Shown here one piece after another: positions 9,590 through 21,691 of a stretch of DNA of 32,000 nucleotides. Under the pieces are notes generated by a model. It worked only from the letters and a program-made list of their open reading frames with translations, had not been told where the DNA came from and made no database searches. The stretch comes from Pseudomonas aeruginosa (lineage in GTDB: Bacteria > Pseudomonadota > Gammaproteobacteria > Pseudomonadales > Pseudomonadaceae): the NCBI RefSeq assembly GCF_001457615.1, contig NZ_LN831024.1:5850001-5882000 (forward strand), read 5' to 3'. How positions within the stretch are numbered: the stretch's first letter is position 1; each line of letters starts with the position of its first letter. Made by a program: the position numbers and the translations under genes.

Positions 9590-10648
9590 ATGACGATTCT
9601 CGTGACCGGCAGCGCCGGCTTCATCGGCGCCAATTTCGTGCTCGACTGGCTGGCCCTGCATGACGAGCCGGTGGTCAGCCTCGACAAGCTCACCTACGCC
9701 GGCAACCGGCAGAACCTCGCCAGCCTCGACGGCGACGCCCGGCACACCTTCGTCGCCGGCGATATCGGCGATAGCCAGCTGGTAGCCCGCCTGCTCGCCG
9801 AGCACCAGCCGCGGGCGATCCTCAACTTCGCCGCGGAATCCCATGTGGACCGCTCGATCCACGGCCCCGAGGACTTCATCCAGACCAACATCGTCGGCAC
9901 CTTCCGCCTGCTGGAAGAAGTGCGCGCCTACTGGGGCGCGCTGGAGCCGGAAGCGAAGGCGGCATTCCGCTTCCTCCACGTCTCCACCGACGAAGTCTAT
10001 GGCTCGCTGGCACCGAGCGATCCGGCCTTCACCGAGAACAACCGCTACGAGCCGAACAGTCCCTACTCGGCGTCCAAGGCGGCCTCCGACCACCTGGTGC
10101 GGGCCTATCACCACACCTATGGGCTGCCGGTGCTGACCACCAACTGCTCGAACAACTACGGCCCGTACCACTTCCCGGAAAAGCTCATCCCACTGGTGAT
10201 CCACAACGCCCTGGCCGGCAAGCCGCTGCCGATCTACGGCGACGGCCAGCAGATCCGAGACTGGCTCTACGTCAAGGACCATTGCAGCGCCATCCGCCGG
10301 GTCCTCGAAGCCGGGCAACTGGGCGAGACCTACAATGTCGGCGGCTGGAACGAAAAGGCCAACCTCGACGTGGTCGAGACCCTCTGCGCCATCCTCGACC
10401 AGGAGCAGCCGCGCGCCGACGGCCGCAGCTATCGCGAGCAGATCACCTTCGTCAAGGATCGTCCGGGCCATGATCGCCGCTACGCCATCGATGCCACGCG
10501 CCTGGAGCGCGAGCTGGGCTGGAAGCCGGCGGAAACCTTCGAGACCGGCATCCGCAAGACCGTGCGCTGGTACCTGGACAACCAGGACTGGGTGGCCAAC
10601 GTAACCAGCGGTGCCTACCGCGAGTGGGTGGGTAAGCAGTACGCATGA
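9590..10648 (+). CDS. rmlB: dTDP-glucose 4,6-dehydratase
   Basis: 352 aa extended [28 protein letters not shown]; followed by rmlD, rmlA and rmlC. Confidence 0.98.
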   Translation: MTILVTGSAGFIGANFVLDWLALHDEPVVSLDKLTYAGNRQNLASLDGDARHTFVAGDIGDSQLVARLLAEHQPRAILNFAAESHVDRSIHGPEDFIQTNIVGTFRLLEEVRAYWGALEPEAKAAFRFLHVSTDEVYGSLAPSDPAFTENNRYEPNSPYSASKAASDHLVRAYHHTYGLPVLTTNCSNNYGPYHFPEKLIPLVIHNALAGKPLPIYGDGQQIRDWLYVKDHCSAIRRVLEAGQLGETYNVGGWNEKANLDVVETLCAILDQEQPRADGRSYREQITFVKDRPGHDRRYAIDATRLERELGWKPAETFETGIRKTVRWYLDNQDWVANVTSGAYREWVGKQYA

Positions 10649-11553
10649 ACCGGATCCTTCTCCTCGGCGCCAACGGCCAGGTCGGCTGGGAGCTGCAGCG
10701 CGCCCTGGCGCCGCTGGGCGAACTGCTGGTCTGTGACCGTCGGCGCGCCGATCTCGCCGACCCCGAAGGCCTGGCGCGACTGGTTCGCGCCGAGCGGCCG
10801 CAGTTCATCGTCAACGCCGGTGCCTACACCGCGGTGGACAAGGCCGAGAGCGATGCCGACAACGCCCGCCTGATCAATGCCCGCGCCGTCGCGGTACTGG
10901 CCGAGGAGGCCGCGGCCTGCGGCGCCTGGCTGGTGCATTACTCCACCGACTACGTGTTCGACGGCGCGGGCAGCGTGCCTTTCGCCGAGGACGCGCCGAC
11001 CGGCCCGCTGAGCGTCTACGGGCAGACCAAGCTGGAAGGCGAGCAGGCCATCCGCGCCAGCGGCTGCCGCCACCTGATCTTCCGCACCAGCTGGGTCTAC
11101 GCCGCGCGCGGCGGAAACTTCGCCAAGACCATGCTGCGCCTGGCCGGGCAACGCGACGAACTCAAGGTCGTGGCCGACCAGTTCGGCGCGCCCACCAGCG
11201 CCGAGCTGATCGCCGACGTCACCGCCCAGGCCCTGCAGCGCCTGCGCTGGGATGCCGAGCTGGCAGCACGGGCCAGCGGCACCTACCACCTGGTCGCCAG
11301 CGGCGAGACGTCCTGGCACCTCTATGCGCGCTTCGTCATCGAACAGGCGCTGGAGCGGGGCTGGGAGTTGCAGGCGACGCCGCAGCGGGTCCTGCCGATC
11401 GCCACCGAGGACTACCCGGTGCCGGCGAAGCGTCCGGCCAATTCGCGCCTCGACAACCGCAAGCTGCAACAGGTCTTCGGCCTGGTACTGCCAGACTGGC
11501 GCTACCATGCCGGACGCATGATCCAGGAACTGAGCGAGCAGGGACCACTATGA
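10645..11553 (+). CDS. rmlD: dTDP-4-dehydrorhamnose reductase
   Basis: [21 protein letters not shown]; [21 protein letters not shown] overlap with rmlB. Confidence 0.98.
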   Translation: MNRILLLGANGQVGWELQRALAPLGELLVCDRRRADLADPEGLARLVRAERPQFIVNAGAYTAVDKAESDADNARLINARAVAVLAEEAAACGAWLVHYSTDYVFDGAGSVPFAEDAPTGPLSVYGQTKLEGEQAIRASGCRHLIFRTSWVYAARGGNFAKTMLRLAGQRDELKVVADQFGAPTSAELIADVTAQALQRLRWDAELAARASGTYHLVASGETSWHLYARFVIEQALERGWELQATPQRVLPIATEDYPVPAKRPANSRLDNRKLQQVFGLVLPDWRYHAGRMIQELSEQGPL

Positions 11554-12431
11554 AACGCAAGGGCATCATCCTCGCCGGAGGCTCGGGCACCCGCCTGCAC
11601 CCGGCAACGCTGGCCATCTCCAAGCAGTTGCTGCCGGTGTACGACAAGCCGATGATCTACTACCCGCTCAGTACCCTGATGCTGGCGGGCATCCGCGAGA
11701 TACTGATCATCTCGACCCCACAGGACACCCCACGCTTCCAGCAGTTGCTGGGCGACGGTTCAAACTGGGGCCTGGACCTGCAATATGCCGTGCAACCGTC
11801 GCCGGACGGCCTGGCCCAGGCCTTCCTGATCGGCGAGTCGTTCATCGGCAACGACCTCAGCGCGCTGGTCCTGGGCGACAACCTCTATTACGGCCACGAC
11901 TTCCACGAGTTGCTCGGCAGCGCTTCGCAGCGCCAGACCGGCGCCAGTGTCTTCGCCTACCACGTGCTGGACCCGGAGCGCTACGGCGTGGTCGAGTTCG
12001 ACCAGGGCGGCAAGGCCATCAGCCTGGAAGAGAAGCCACTGGAGCCGAAGTCGAACTACGCGGTCACCGGCCTGTATTTCTACGACCAGCAGGTGGTGGA
12101 CATCGCCAGGAACCTGAAGCCTTCGCCGCGCGGCGAGCTGGAGATCACCGACGTCAACCGCGCCTATCTGGAGCGCGGCCAGCTCAGCGTGGAGATCATG
12201 GGCCGCGGCTACGCCTGGCTGGATACCGGCACCCACGATTCGCTGCTCGAGGCCGGCCAGTTCATCGCCACCCTGGAGAACCGCCAGGGTCTCAAGGTGG
12301 CCTGCCCGGAAGAGATCGCCTACCGGCAGAAGTGGATCGACGCCGCGCAACTGGAAAAACTCGCCGCGCCGCTGGCCAAGAACGGCTACGGCCAATACCT
12401 CAAGCGCCTGCTGACCGAGACCGTGTACTGA
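11550..12431 (+). CDS. rmlA: Glucose-1-phosphate thymidylyltransferase
   Basis: [41 protein letters not shown], the RmlA signature. Confidence 0.98.
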   Translation: MKRKGIILAGGSGTRLHPATLAISKQLLPVYDKPMIYYPLSTLMLAGIREILIISTPQDTPRFQQLLGDGSNWGLDLQYAVQPSPDGLAQAFLIGESFIGNDLSALVLGDNLYYGHDFHELLGSASQRQTGASVFAYHVLDPERYGVVEFDQGGKAISLEEKPLEPKSNYAVTGLYFYDQQVVDIARNLKPSPRGELEITDVNRAYLERGQLSVEIMGRGYAWLDTGTHDSLLEAGQFIATLENRQGLKVACPEEIAYRQKWIDAAQLEKLAAPLAKNGYGQYLKRLLTETVY

Positions 12432-12976
12432 TGAAAGCGACCCGCCTGGCAATTCCCGACGTCATCCTCTTCGAACCCCGGGTGTTCGGCGACGATCGCG
12501 GATTCTTCTTCGAAAGCTACAACCAGCGCGCCTTCGAGGAGGCCTGCGGTCATCCGGTCAGCTTCGTCCAGGACAACCATTCGCGTTCCGCCCGTGGCGT
12601 CCTCCGCGGCCTGCACTACCAGATCCGGCAAGCCCAGGGAAAACTGGTGCGCGCCACTCTCGGCGAGGTATTCGACGTGGCCGTCGACCTGCGTCGCGGC
12701 TCGCCGACCTTCGGCCAGTGGGTAGGCGAACGCCTGAGCGCGGAGAACAAGCGCCAGATGTGGATTCCGGCCGGCTTCGCGCACGGCTTCGTGGTGCTCA
12801 GCGAATACGCCGAGTTCCTCTACAAGACCACCGACTTCTGGGCGCCGGAACACGAACGCTGCATCGTCTGGAACGATCCCGAGCTGAAGATCGACTGGCC
12901 GCTGCAGGATGCCCCCCTGCTTTCGGAGAAGGACCGCCAGGGCAAGGCATTCGCCGACGCCGACTGCTTCCCCTGA
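12431..12976 (+). CDS. rmlC: dTDP-4-dehydrorhamnose 3,5-epimerase
   Basis: 181 aa. [45 protein letters not shown]. Confidence 0.98.
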   Translation: MKATRLAIPDVILFEPRVFGDDRGFFFESYNQRAFEEACGHPVSFVQDNHSRSARGVLRGLHYQIRQAQGKLVRATLGEVFDVAVDLRRGSPTFGQWVGERLSAENKRQMWIPAGFAHGFVVLSEYAEFLYKTTDFWAPEHERCIVWNDPELKIDWPLQDAPLLSEKDRQGKAFADADCFP

Positions 12977-13035
12977 ACGGCAGGGAGCGACCGGACTCGG
13001 CGCAAGGCGTGATAATTTAGGGCATCCCGTCCGGG

Positions 13036-14874
13036 ATGCCCCGGATACTCGCAGCCACGGCAGGTTCGTTCGTCTTGAAAGCCTATTTCCATCGCTGGCG
13101 CTCGCTGGTCATCCTCGCCCTGCTTCTCGCGCCGCTGCTCTGGCCCCTGCAATATTTCGCCGAGCGCTACTACAGCGAGCAGTTGGCCGAGCAGAACCGC
13201 CAGACGCTCGACCTCTACGTCGCCAACCTGCTCGGCACGCTGCGCCGCTACGAAGAACTGCCGCAGATCCTCGGCGGCCTGCCGGTGCTGCGCCAGGCCC
13301 TGCAACAACCTGGCGACCCGCTGCTGCAGAAGATCGCCAACGAGGCGCTGGCCGACATCCGCCGACGCACCGGCGCCGACGTGATCTACCTGCTGCAACC
13401 GGACGGCACTACCCAGGTCGCCTCCAACTGGGCCCAGGCGGACAGTTTCGTCCACCGCAACTTCGCCTTCCGCCCCTATTATCGCGAGGCCATGCAGGGC
13501 CGCCTGGCGCGCTTCTTCGGCCTGGGCACCACCTCGATCAAGCGCGGCTACTACTTCGCCAGTGCGGTGAAGGAAGGCTCGCGGATCATCGGCGTGCTGG
13601 TGGTGAAGGTCGATCTCGAACACATCGAACGGCTCTGGGGCAATTCCCCGGAGCAACTGCTGGTGATAGACAACTACGGCGTGGTGATCCTCTCCTCCCG
13701 CGAGGATTGGCGCTTCCATGCCAGTCGGCCGCTGAGCGCGGCGGAGCGCGACGAGATCCACGCCAACATCCCCTACCCGGTGCAGGACCCGAAGCCCCTG
13801 CGCCTGCAACAGAGCGCCTGGCTCAGCCAGAGCCGGACGCTACCGGAAACCGGCTGGACGGTGAGCATCTACGCCCCCCGCACCCTCATCGAACGGCCGG
13901 TGCGCAGCGTCCTGCTGATCGGCGGCGCGACCCTGCTCGCCCTGCTCCTGCTGCTTACCCTGCTGACCCTCAGCCGCCGTCACTACCTGGACCGCATCGC
14001 TCTCGAGGCCGAGGCCAAGCGCCAGTTGGAAGAGCGCGTACTGGAACGCACCCGCGAGCTGGAGAACGCCAACGCGCAGTTGCAGCAGGAAGTCCACGAA
14101 CGCGAGCAGGCCCAGCGCGAGCTGATGCGCGCCCAGGACGAAGTGGTCCAGGCCGGCAAGCTCACGGCCCTCGGCACCATGTCGGCGAGCATCAGCCACG
14201 AACTCAACCAGCCGCTGGCGGCGATCCGCAGCTACGCCGACAACGCCCGGGTGCTGCTCGACCACCAGCGCACCGAGGACGCCCGCGGCAATCTCGAGCA
14301 GATCAGCGACCTCACCACCCGCATGGCCTCGATCATCGCCCACCTCAAGGCCTATGCCCGCGGTGCGCGCCGGGCGCCGGAGAACGTGCAGTTGCAGCCG
14401 GCGATCGAGGACGCCCTGTCGATGGTGGCCAGCCGGCGGCGGGCGATGAACGTCGAACTGCTGCGCGACGTGCCGGACGCCCCGCTGTGGGTCCAGGCCG
14501 GCGAGACCCGCTTGCGGCAGATCCTCGGCAACCTGCTCACCAATGCCCTCGACGCGCTCGCCGAGAAAGCTCCGCCGCGGCGCCTGTGGGTAATCGCCAG
14601 CCAGGACCAGCACGGCGTGACCCTGACTCTGCGCGACAACGGCCCGGGGTTTTCCGAGGACGCCCTGGCCCACGCCCACGAACCCTTTTTCACCACCAAG
14701 ACCACCGCCAAAGGGCTCGGCCTCGGCCTGGCCATCTGCGATAACCTATTGCGCGCCCTCGGCGGCCGCCTGGAAATGGGCAACCATCTCGAAGGCGGCG
14801 CCGTGGTGCGCCTGCACTTGCTGCCGGGAGTTCCCGGCGTCGCCGCCATGCCCCAGGAGGAAACCCGCGCATGA
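13036..14874 (+). CDS. dctB: C4-dicarboxylate sensor histidine kinase DctB; the start may instead lie downstream, around 13075
   Basis: Periplasmic double Cache-like sensor, TM, H-box TMSASISHELNQPLAAIRSYADNARVLL, ATPase N and G boxes. Followed by the cognate regulator. Confidence 0.93.
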   Translation: MPRILAATAGSFVLKAYFHRWRSLVILALLLAPLLWPLQYFAERYYSEQLAEQNRQTLDLYVANLLGTLRRYEELPQILGGLPVLRQALQQPGDPLLQKIANEALADIRRRTGADVIYLLQPDGTTQVASNWAQADSFVHRNFAFRPYYREAMQGRLARFFGLGTTSIKRGYYFASAVKEGSRIIGVLVVKVDLEHIERLWGNSPEQLLVIDNYGVVILSSREDWRFHASRPLSAAERDEIHANIPYPVQDPKPLRLQQSAWLSQSRTLPETGWTVSIYAPRTLIERPVRSVLLIGGATLLALLLLLTLLTLSRRHYLDRIALEAEAKRQLEERVLERTRELENANAQLQQEVHEREQAQRELMRAQDEVVQAGKLTALGTMSASISHELNQPLAAIRSYADNARVLLDHQRTEDARGNLEQISDLTTRMASIIAHLKAYARGARRAPENVQLQPAIEDALSMVASRRRAMNVELLRDVPDAPLWVQAGETRLRQILGNLLTNALDALAEKAPPRRLWVIASQDQHGVTLTLRDNGPGFSEDALAHAHEPFFTTKTTAKGLGLGLAICDNLLRALGGRLEMGNHLEGGAVVRLHLLPGVPGVAAMPQEETRA

Positions 14875-16247
14875 GTCCCTTCGCGCCATTCGATGCCCAG
14901 ACCCAGGTCCTGCTGATCGACGACGATCCGCACCTGCGCCAGGCCCTGCGCCAGACGCTCGACCTCGCCGGGCTCAAGGTCGCGACCCTGGACGACGCGC
15001 GCCAGCTGGATACCGCGCAGTGCAAGGACTGGCCCGGAGTGGTGGTCAGCGACATCCGCATGCCCGGCATCGATGGCATGGAACTGCTCCGCCAATTGCA
15101 CGAACAGGACGCCGACCTGCCGGTGATCCTGATCACCGGCCACGGCGACGTGCCGCTGGCGGTCCAGGCCATGCGCGGCGGCGCCTATGACTTCCTGGAA
15201 AAGCCCTTCCCCAGCGACGCCCTGCTCGACAGCGTGCGCCGCGCCCTGGAGGTGCGCCGGCTGGTCCTGGAGAACCGCACCCTGCGCCTGGCCCTGGCCG
15301 AACGCCACGAGCTGCATGGGCGCCTGATCGGACGCTCGGCCGGCATGCAGCGCCTGCGCGAGCAGGTCGGCTCGCTGGCGGCGATCCAGGCCGACGTGCT
15401 GGTCCTTGGCGAAACCGGCGCCGGCAAGGAGGTGGTCGCGCGGGCCCTGCATGACCTGTCGAGCCGACGCGACGGACCGTTCGTCGCGATCAACGCCGGC
15501 GCCCTCGCCGAATCGGTGGTGGAAAGCGAACTGTTCGGTCACGAGGCCGGCGCCTTCACCGGCGCGCAGAAGCGCCGCATCGGCAAGTTCGAGTACGCCA
15601 ATGGCGGCACCCTGTTCCTCGACGAGATCGAGAGCATGAGCCTGGACGTGCAGGTCAAGCTGTTGCGCCTGCTGCAGGAACGGGTAGTCGAGCGGCTCGG
15701 CTCCAACCAGTTGATCCCGCTGGATATCCGCATCATCGCGGCAACCAAGGAAGACCTGCGCCAGGCCGCCGACCAGGGCCGCTTCCGCGCCGACCTCTAT
15801 TACCGCCTCAACGTCGCCAGCCTGCGCATTCCACCGCTGCGCGAGCGCGGCGAAGACATCCCGCTGCTGTTCCGCCATTTCGCCGAAGCCGGCGCCATGC
15901 GTCATGGCCTGACGCCACGCGAACTGGACGCCGGCCAGTCGGCGCGGCTGCTGGCCTACGACTGGCCGGGCAACGTGCGCGAATTGCAGAACGCCGCCGA
16001 GCGCTTCGCCCTGGGTCTCGGCCTGAGCCTGGACGACGGAGTCCTGCCCGACGCCGCCGACGAGCCGCACAACCTCAGCGCCAAGGTCGAGGCCTTCGAG
16101 CGCTCGCTGATCGCTGCCGAACTGGAACGCCCGCACAATTCGCTGCGCAGCGTCGCCGAGGCCCTCGGTATCCCGCGCAAGACCCTGCACGACAAGCTGC
16201 GCAAGCACGGCCTGCCGTTCAACACGCCTGGCGAAAATCCGCCAGAT

Positions 16248-16259
<12 letters not shown>
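14871..16259 (+). CDS. dctD: C4-dicarboxylate response regulator DctD, NtrC-family sigma54 activator
   Basis: Receiver domain; GETGAGKEVVARALH Walker A; GAFTGAQKRRIGKFEYA (sigma54 contact motif GAFTGA); C-terminal Fis-type HTH. Confidence 0.95.
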
Positions 16260-17495
<1,236 letters not shown>

Positions 17496-17513
17496 GAAGA
17501 AGAGGGAAAGCCC

Positions 17514-18146
17514 ATGCACGCGCTCGCGCGCGTCTGGGCGCGCCTGGAGGAAGGCCTGATCGCCTTCCTCCTCGCCGCCATGACGCTGGTTACCTTCGTT
17601 TATGTAGTCCTCAATAACCTCTATACGCTGCTCTACGATCTCGCCGATCTCTGGGAGGGCGGCAACGAGACGCTGCTCGCCATCGGCGATGGGGTCCTCA
17701 CCCTGGCCCAGGAGATGACCTGGAGCAACGCCCTGACCAAGGCCCTGTTCGCCTGGCTGATCTTCCTCGGCATCGCCTACGGCGTACGCACCGCCGGGCA
17801 CCTCGGTGTGGACGTGCTGGTGAAGCTGGCCTCGCGACCGGTACAGCGAGTGCTCGGCGTGATCGCCTGCCTGGCCTGCCTCGGCTACGCCGGCCTGCTC
17901 TGCGTGGCCAGCTACGACTGGGTGAAGACCCTGTTCATCGCCGGCATCGGCGCCGAGGACCTCGACCACTTCGGCATCCGCCAATGGCACATCGGCCTGA
18001 TCGTGCCGGTCGGCTTCGCCCTGGTGTTCATCCGTTTCGCCGAGATCCTCGTGCGCATCCTGCGCAACCGCCAGACCGGACTGGGACTGGCCGACGAGGC
18101 TGCCGACGCGCTGAAGCTGACCGAGCACGAGGAGCCCAAGGCATGA
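17514..18146 (+). CDS. dctQ: TRAP transporter small permease DctQ
   Basis: 210 aa, 4 TM, located between DctP and DctM. TWSNALTKALFAWLIFLGIAYGVRTAGHLGVDVLVKL. Confidence 0.95.
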   Translation: MHALARVWARLEEGLIAFLLAAMTLVTFVYVVLNNLYTLLYDLADLWEGGNETLLAIGDGVLTLAQEMTWSNALTKALFAWLIFLGIAYGVRTAGHLGVDVLVKLASRPVQRVLGVIACLACLGYAGLLCVASYDWVKTLFIAGIGAEDLDHFGIRQWHIGLIVPVGFALVFIRFAEILVRILRNRQTGLGLADEAADALKLTEHEEPKA

Positions 18147-19426
18147 CCATTCTGTTCCTCTTCCTGCTGCTCTTCCTGCTGATGTTCATCGGCGTGCCGA
18201 TCGCCGTCTCCCTGGGTCTCTCCGGCGCACTGACGATCCTCCTGTTCAGCCCGGACTCGGTACGCTCGCTGGCGATCAAGCTGTTCGAGACCTCCGAGCA
18301 CTACACCCTGCTGGCGATCCCGTTCTTCCTGCTCTCCGGCGCGTTCATGACCACCGGTGGCGTGGCGCGGCGCCTGATCGACTTCGCCAACGCCTGCGTC
18401 GGACACATCCGTGGCGGCCTGGCGATCGCCGCGGTGCTCGCCTGCATGCTCTTTGCCGCGCTATCCGGCTCGTCTCCGGCAACGGTGGCGGCAGTGGGTT
18501 CGATCGCCATCGCCGGCATGGTCCGCTCGGGTTATCCACAGGCGTTCGGCGCCGGGATCGTCTGCAACGCCGGCACCCTCGGCATCCTCATCCCGCCATC
18601 GATCGTGATGGTGGTCTACGCCGCCGCCACCGAGACCTCGGTGGGCAAGCTGTTCATCGCCGGCGTGGTTCCGGGGCTGCTGCTGGGACTGATCCTGATG
18701 GTGGTGATCTACATCGTCGCCCGGGTCAAGAAGCTGCCCGCCATGCCAAGGGTCAGTCTGCGCGAATGGCTGGCCAGCGCGCGCAAGGCGCTGTGGGGGC
18801 TGCTGCTGATGGTGATCATCCTCGGCGGCATCTATTCCGGCGCCTTCACCCCCACCGAGGCCGCCGCCGTCGCCGCGGTGTACTCGGCCTTCGTCGCACT
18901 GTTCGTCTACCGCGACATGCGCCTGAGCGAATGCCCGAAGGTGCTGCTGGAGTCCGGCAAGCTGACCATCATGCTGATGTTCATCATCGCCAACGCCATG
19001 CTCTTCGCCCACGTGCTGACCACCGAGCAGATACCGCAGAGCATCGCCAGCTGGGTCACGGAACTGGGACTTTCGCCATGGATGTTCCTGCTGGTGGTGA
19101 ACATCGTGCTGCTGATCGCCGGCAACTTCATGGAGCCTTCGGCGATCATCCTGATCCTGGCGCCGATCTTCTTCCCCATCGCCATGGAGCTGGGCATCGA
19201 TCCGATCCACCTCGGCATCATCATGGTGGTGAACATGGAGATCGGCCTGATCACGCCGCCGGTCGGGCTCAACCTGTTCGTCACCTCGGCGGTCACCGGC
19301 ATGCCGCTGGGCGCGACCATCCGCGCAGCGCTGCCGTGGCTGATGATCCTGCTGGTGTTCCTGATCATCGTGACCTACATCCCGGCGGTATCCCTGGCAT
19401 TGCCGAACTGGCTGGGGATGAGCTGA
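18143..19426 (+). CDS. dctM: TRAP transporter large permease DctM
   Basis: 427 aa. FMTTGGVARRLIDFANACVGHIRGGLAIAAVLACMLFAALSGSSPATVAAVGSIAI. Confidence 0.97.
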   Translation: MTILFLFLLLFLLMFIGVPIAVSLGLSGALTILLFSPDSVRSLAIKLFETSEHYTLLAIPFFLLSGAFMTTGGVARRLIDFANACVGHIRGGLAIAAVLACMLFAALSGSSPATVAAVGSIAIAGMVRSGYPQAFGAGIVCNAGTLGILIPPSIVMVVYAAATETSVGKLFIAGVVPGLLLGLILMVVIYIVARVKKLPAMPRVSLREWLASARKALWGLLLMVIILGGIYSGAFTPTEAAAVAAVYSAFVALFVYRDMRLSECPKVLLESGKLTIMLMFIIANAMLFAHVLTTEQIPQSIASWVTELGLSPWMFLLVVNIVLLIAGNFMEPSAIILILAPIFFPIAMELGIDPIHLGIIMVVNMEIGLITPPVGLNLFVTSAVTGMPLGATIRAALPWLMILLVFLIIVTYIPAVSLALPNWLGMS

Positions 19427-19726
19427 CGGAACGGTAACGACGGCGGAAAACCCCGCCCTGCGCTCGGGCCTTCGGCAAAAATCCGCTCATGCCGCAGGCC
19501 CGTGCCCCGCAGTTGACGGGCCGGGCCACCTGTCGATGGCTGGCACGCCGCTTGCTCAATCGCTCGCAGTGCCCCTGGCACCGGCTTTCGGTTCGCCCAG
19601 CGAACCGCGCCCTTCGGCCACGAACCGGATGGCGGCCCCTTCCCCTGTGCCGACGTGCGCCAGCACGCGCGGCGGGTGGGCGGCGATCCCGTCCCCCCAG
19701 CGGTCTTCATACCCTGAAGCCCAAAT

Positions 19727-19755
19727 GAAGAGCCCGGCGAACGCCGGGCTTCTTC
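19727..19755 (+). terminator. Rho-independent terminator downstream of dctPQM
   Basis: GAAGAGCCCGGCGAACGCCGGGCTTCTTC stem-loop followed by atttctttcc. Confidence 0.75.
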
Positions 19756-20143
19756 ATTTCTTTCCTTGTGCTTTTTCGTTCTTTGATAAGAGCGGAAAAT
19801 TATTTTTACTTATAAATAAAAAAGCACCTACACCGAAATACTGAAACACTTCTCTGGCAAACCGTGGCGGTTTTCGACGGACCGCCAACAAGCTGGCGAG
19901 CCCCCCTCCAAAAGTCAGAATACCGTCTCGCGAAATTCATTGATCGGCATCAACGATCCGGCTTGATCCGCGGCTTATAGCCCGATTTCGAGCAATTTCA
20001 AGCTTTCCCCGTAGCGGATGGCAAGACTTCCCCTATCACATGAAAAAACCGCCCTATTCCGGGCAGGTCTTAGATTCCTCTTCTATCTTTGGCACTCGCA
20101 ACTTACAGGAATGCGTCATCTAATTACTTTGAGTAGGAAGCTA

Positions 20144-20157
20144 TTGACGTGGATCAG
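20144..20157. promoter_or_regulatory. ANR/FNR box of the arcDABC promoter
   Basis: TTGACGTGGATCAG matches TTGAN6TCAA-like ANR boxes, 65 bp before the arcD ATG. Anaerobic ANR control of arcDABC is established knowledge. Confidence 0.8.
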
Positions 20158-20221
20158 CATTCAACAATAGCCGCTGCCGCCTAATGGCTTCACTCTCAAT
20201 TCCTATAGGGAGATTCCGAAA

Positions 20222-21670
20222 ATGTCCCAAGAATCCAGCCAAAAACTCCGACTAGGAGCGCTAACGGCTCTGGTTGTCGGCTCGATGATCGGAGGGGGCA
20301 TCTTCTCCCTTCCGCAAAACATGGCAGCCAGCGCCGACGTCGGCGCCGTCCTGATCGGATGGGCGATCACCGCCGTCGGCATGCTCACCCTCGCTTTCGT
20401 CTTCCAGACCCTCGCCAACCGCAAGCCCGAACTCGACGGCGGCGTGTACGCCTACGCCAAGGCCGGCTTCGGCGACTACATGGGTTTCTCCTCGGCCTGG
20501 GGCTACTGGATCAGCGCCTGGCTGGGCAACGTCGGCTACTTCGTCCTGTTGTTCAGCACCCTCGGCTACTTCTTCCCGATCTTCGGCAAGGGCGACACCG
20601 TCGCGGCGATCGTCTGCGCCTCGGTCCTGCTCTGGGCCCTGCACTTCCTGGTGCTGCGCGGGATCAAGGAGGCGGCGTTCATCAACACCGTCACCACCGT
20701 GGCCAAGGTCGTGCCGCTGTTCCTGTTCATCCTGATCTGCCTGTTCGCCTTCAAGCTGGACATCTTCACCGCCGACATCTGGGGCAAGAGCAACCCGGAC
20801 CTGGGCAGCGTGATGAACCAGGTGCGCAACATGATGCTGGTCACCGTCTGGGTGTTCATCGGCATCGAGGGCGCGAGCATCTTCTCCTCCCGCGCGGAAA
20901 AACGTTCCGACGTCGGCAAGGCCACCGTGATCGGCTTCATCACCGTCCTGCTCCTGCTGGTGCTGGTCAACGTGCTGTCCATGGGCGTGATGACCCAGCC
21001 GGAACTGGCCAAGCTGCAGAACCCGTCGATGGCGCTGGTACTCGAGCATGTGGTCGGCCACTGGGGCGCCGTGCTGATCAGCGTCGGCCTGCTGATCTCG
21101 CTGCTGGGCGCGCTGCTCTCCTGGGTGCTGCTGTGCGCCGAGATCATGTTCGCCGCCGCCAAGGACCACACCATGCCGGAGTTCCTGCGCCGCGAGAACG
21201 CCAACCAGGTGCCGGCCAACGCCCTGTGGCTGACCAACATCTGCGTACAGGTGTTCCTGGTGGTGGTGTTCTTCACCTCGGGCGACCCGGACGGCATGGA
21301 CCCGTACACCAAGATGCTGCTCCTGGCCACCTCGATGATCCTGATCCCGTACTTCTGGTCCGCCGCCTATGGCCTGCTGCTGACCCTGAAGGGCGAGACC
21401 TACGAGAACGATGCCCGCGAACGCAGCAAGGACCTGGTCATCGCCGGCATCGCCGTGGCCTACGCGGTCTGGCTGCTCTACGCCGGGGGCCTGAAGTACC
21501 TGCTGCTGTCCGCCCTGCTGTATGCGCCCGGCGCGATCCTTTTCGCCAAGGCCAAGCACGAGGTCGGCCAGCCGATCTTCACCGGAATCGAAAAACTGAT
21601 CTTCGCCGCAGTCGTCATTGGCGCCCTGGTGGCTGCCTACGGCCTCTACGACGGTTTCCTCACCCTCTGA
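20222..21670 (+). CDS. arcD: Arginine/ornithine antiporter
   Basis: 482 aa APC-family protein: LGALTALVVGSMIGGGIFSLPQNMAASADVGAVLIGW. Directly precedes arcA. Confidence 0.98.
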   Translation: MSQESSQKLRLGALTALVVGSMIGGGIFSLPQNMAASADVGAVLIGWAITAVGMLTLAFVFQTLANRKPELDGGVYAYAKAGFGDYMGFSSAWGYWISAWLGNVGYFVLLFSTLGYFFPIFGKGDTVAAIVCASVLLWALHFLVLRGIKEAAFINTVTTVAKVVPLFLFILICLFAFKLDIFTADIWGKSNPDLGSVMNQVRNMMLVTVWVFIGIEGASIFSSRAEKRSDVGKATVIGFITVLLLLVLVNVLSMGVMTQPELAKLQNPSMALVLEHVVGHWGAVLISVGLLISLLGALLSWVLLCAEIMFAAAKDHTMPEFLRRENANQVPANALWLTNICVQVFLVVVFFTSGDPDGMDPYTKMLLLATSMILIPYFWSAAYGLLLTLKGETYENDARERSKDLVIAGIAVAYAVWLLYAGGLKYLLLSALLYAPGAILFAKAKHEVGQPIFTGIEKLIFAAVVIGALVAAYGLYDGFLTL

Positions 21671-21691
21671 TTACTCCACTGGAGACGTGAA

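Noticed and set aside
12909-14744. 611-aa plus-strand ORF
   Set aside because: Alternate-frame shadow of dctB, Arg/Ala/Pro-rich.
19375-19728. Short ORFs on both strands after dctM
   Set aside because: Arg/Pro-rich translations, no SD support or motifs; treated as a 3' UTR.
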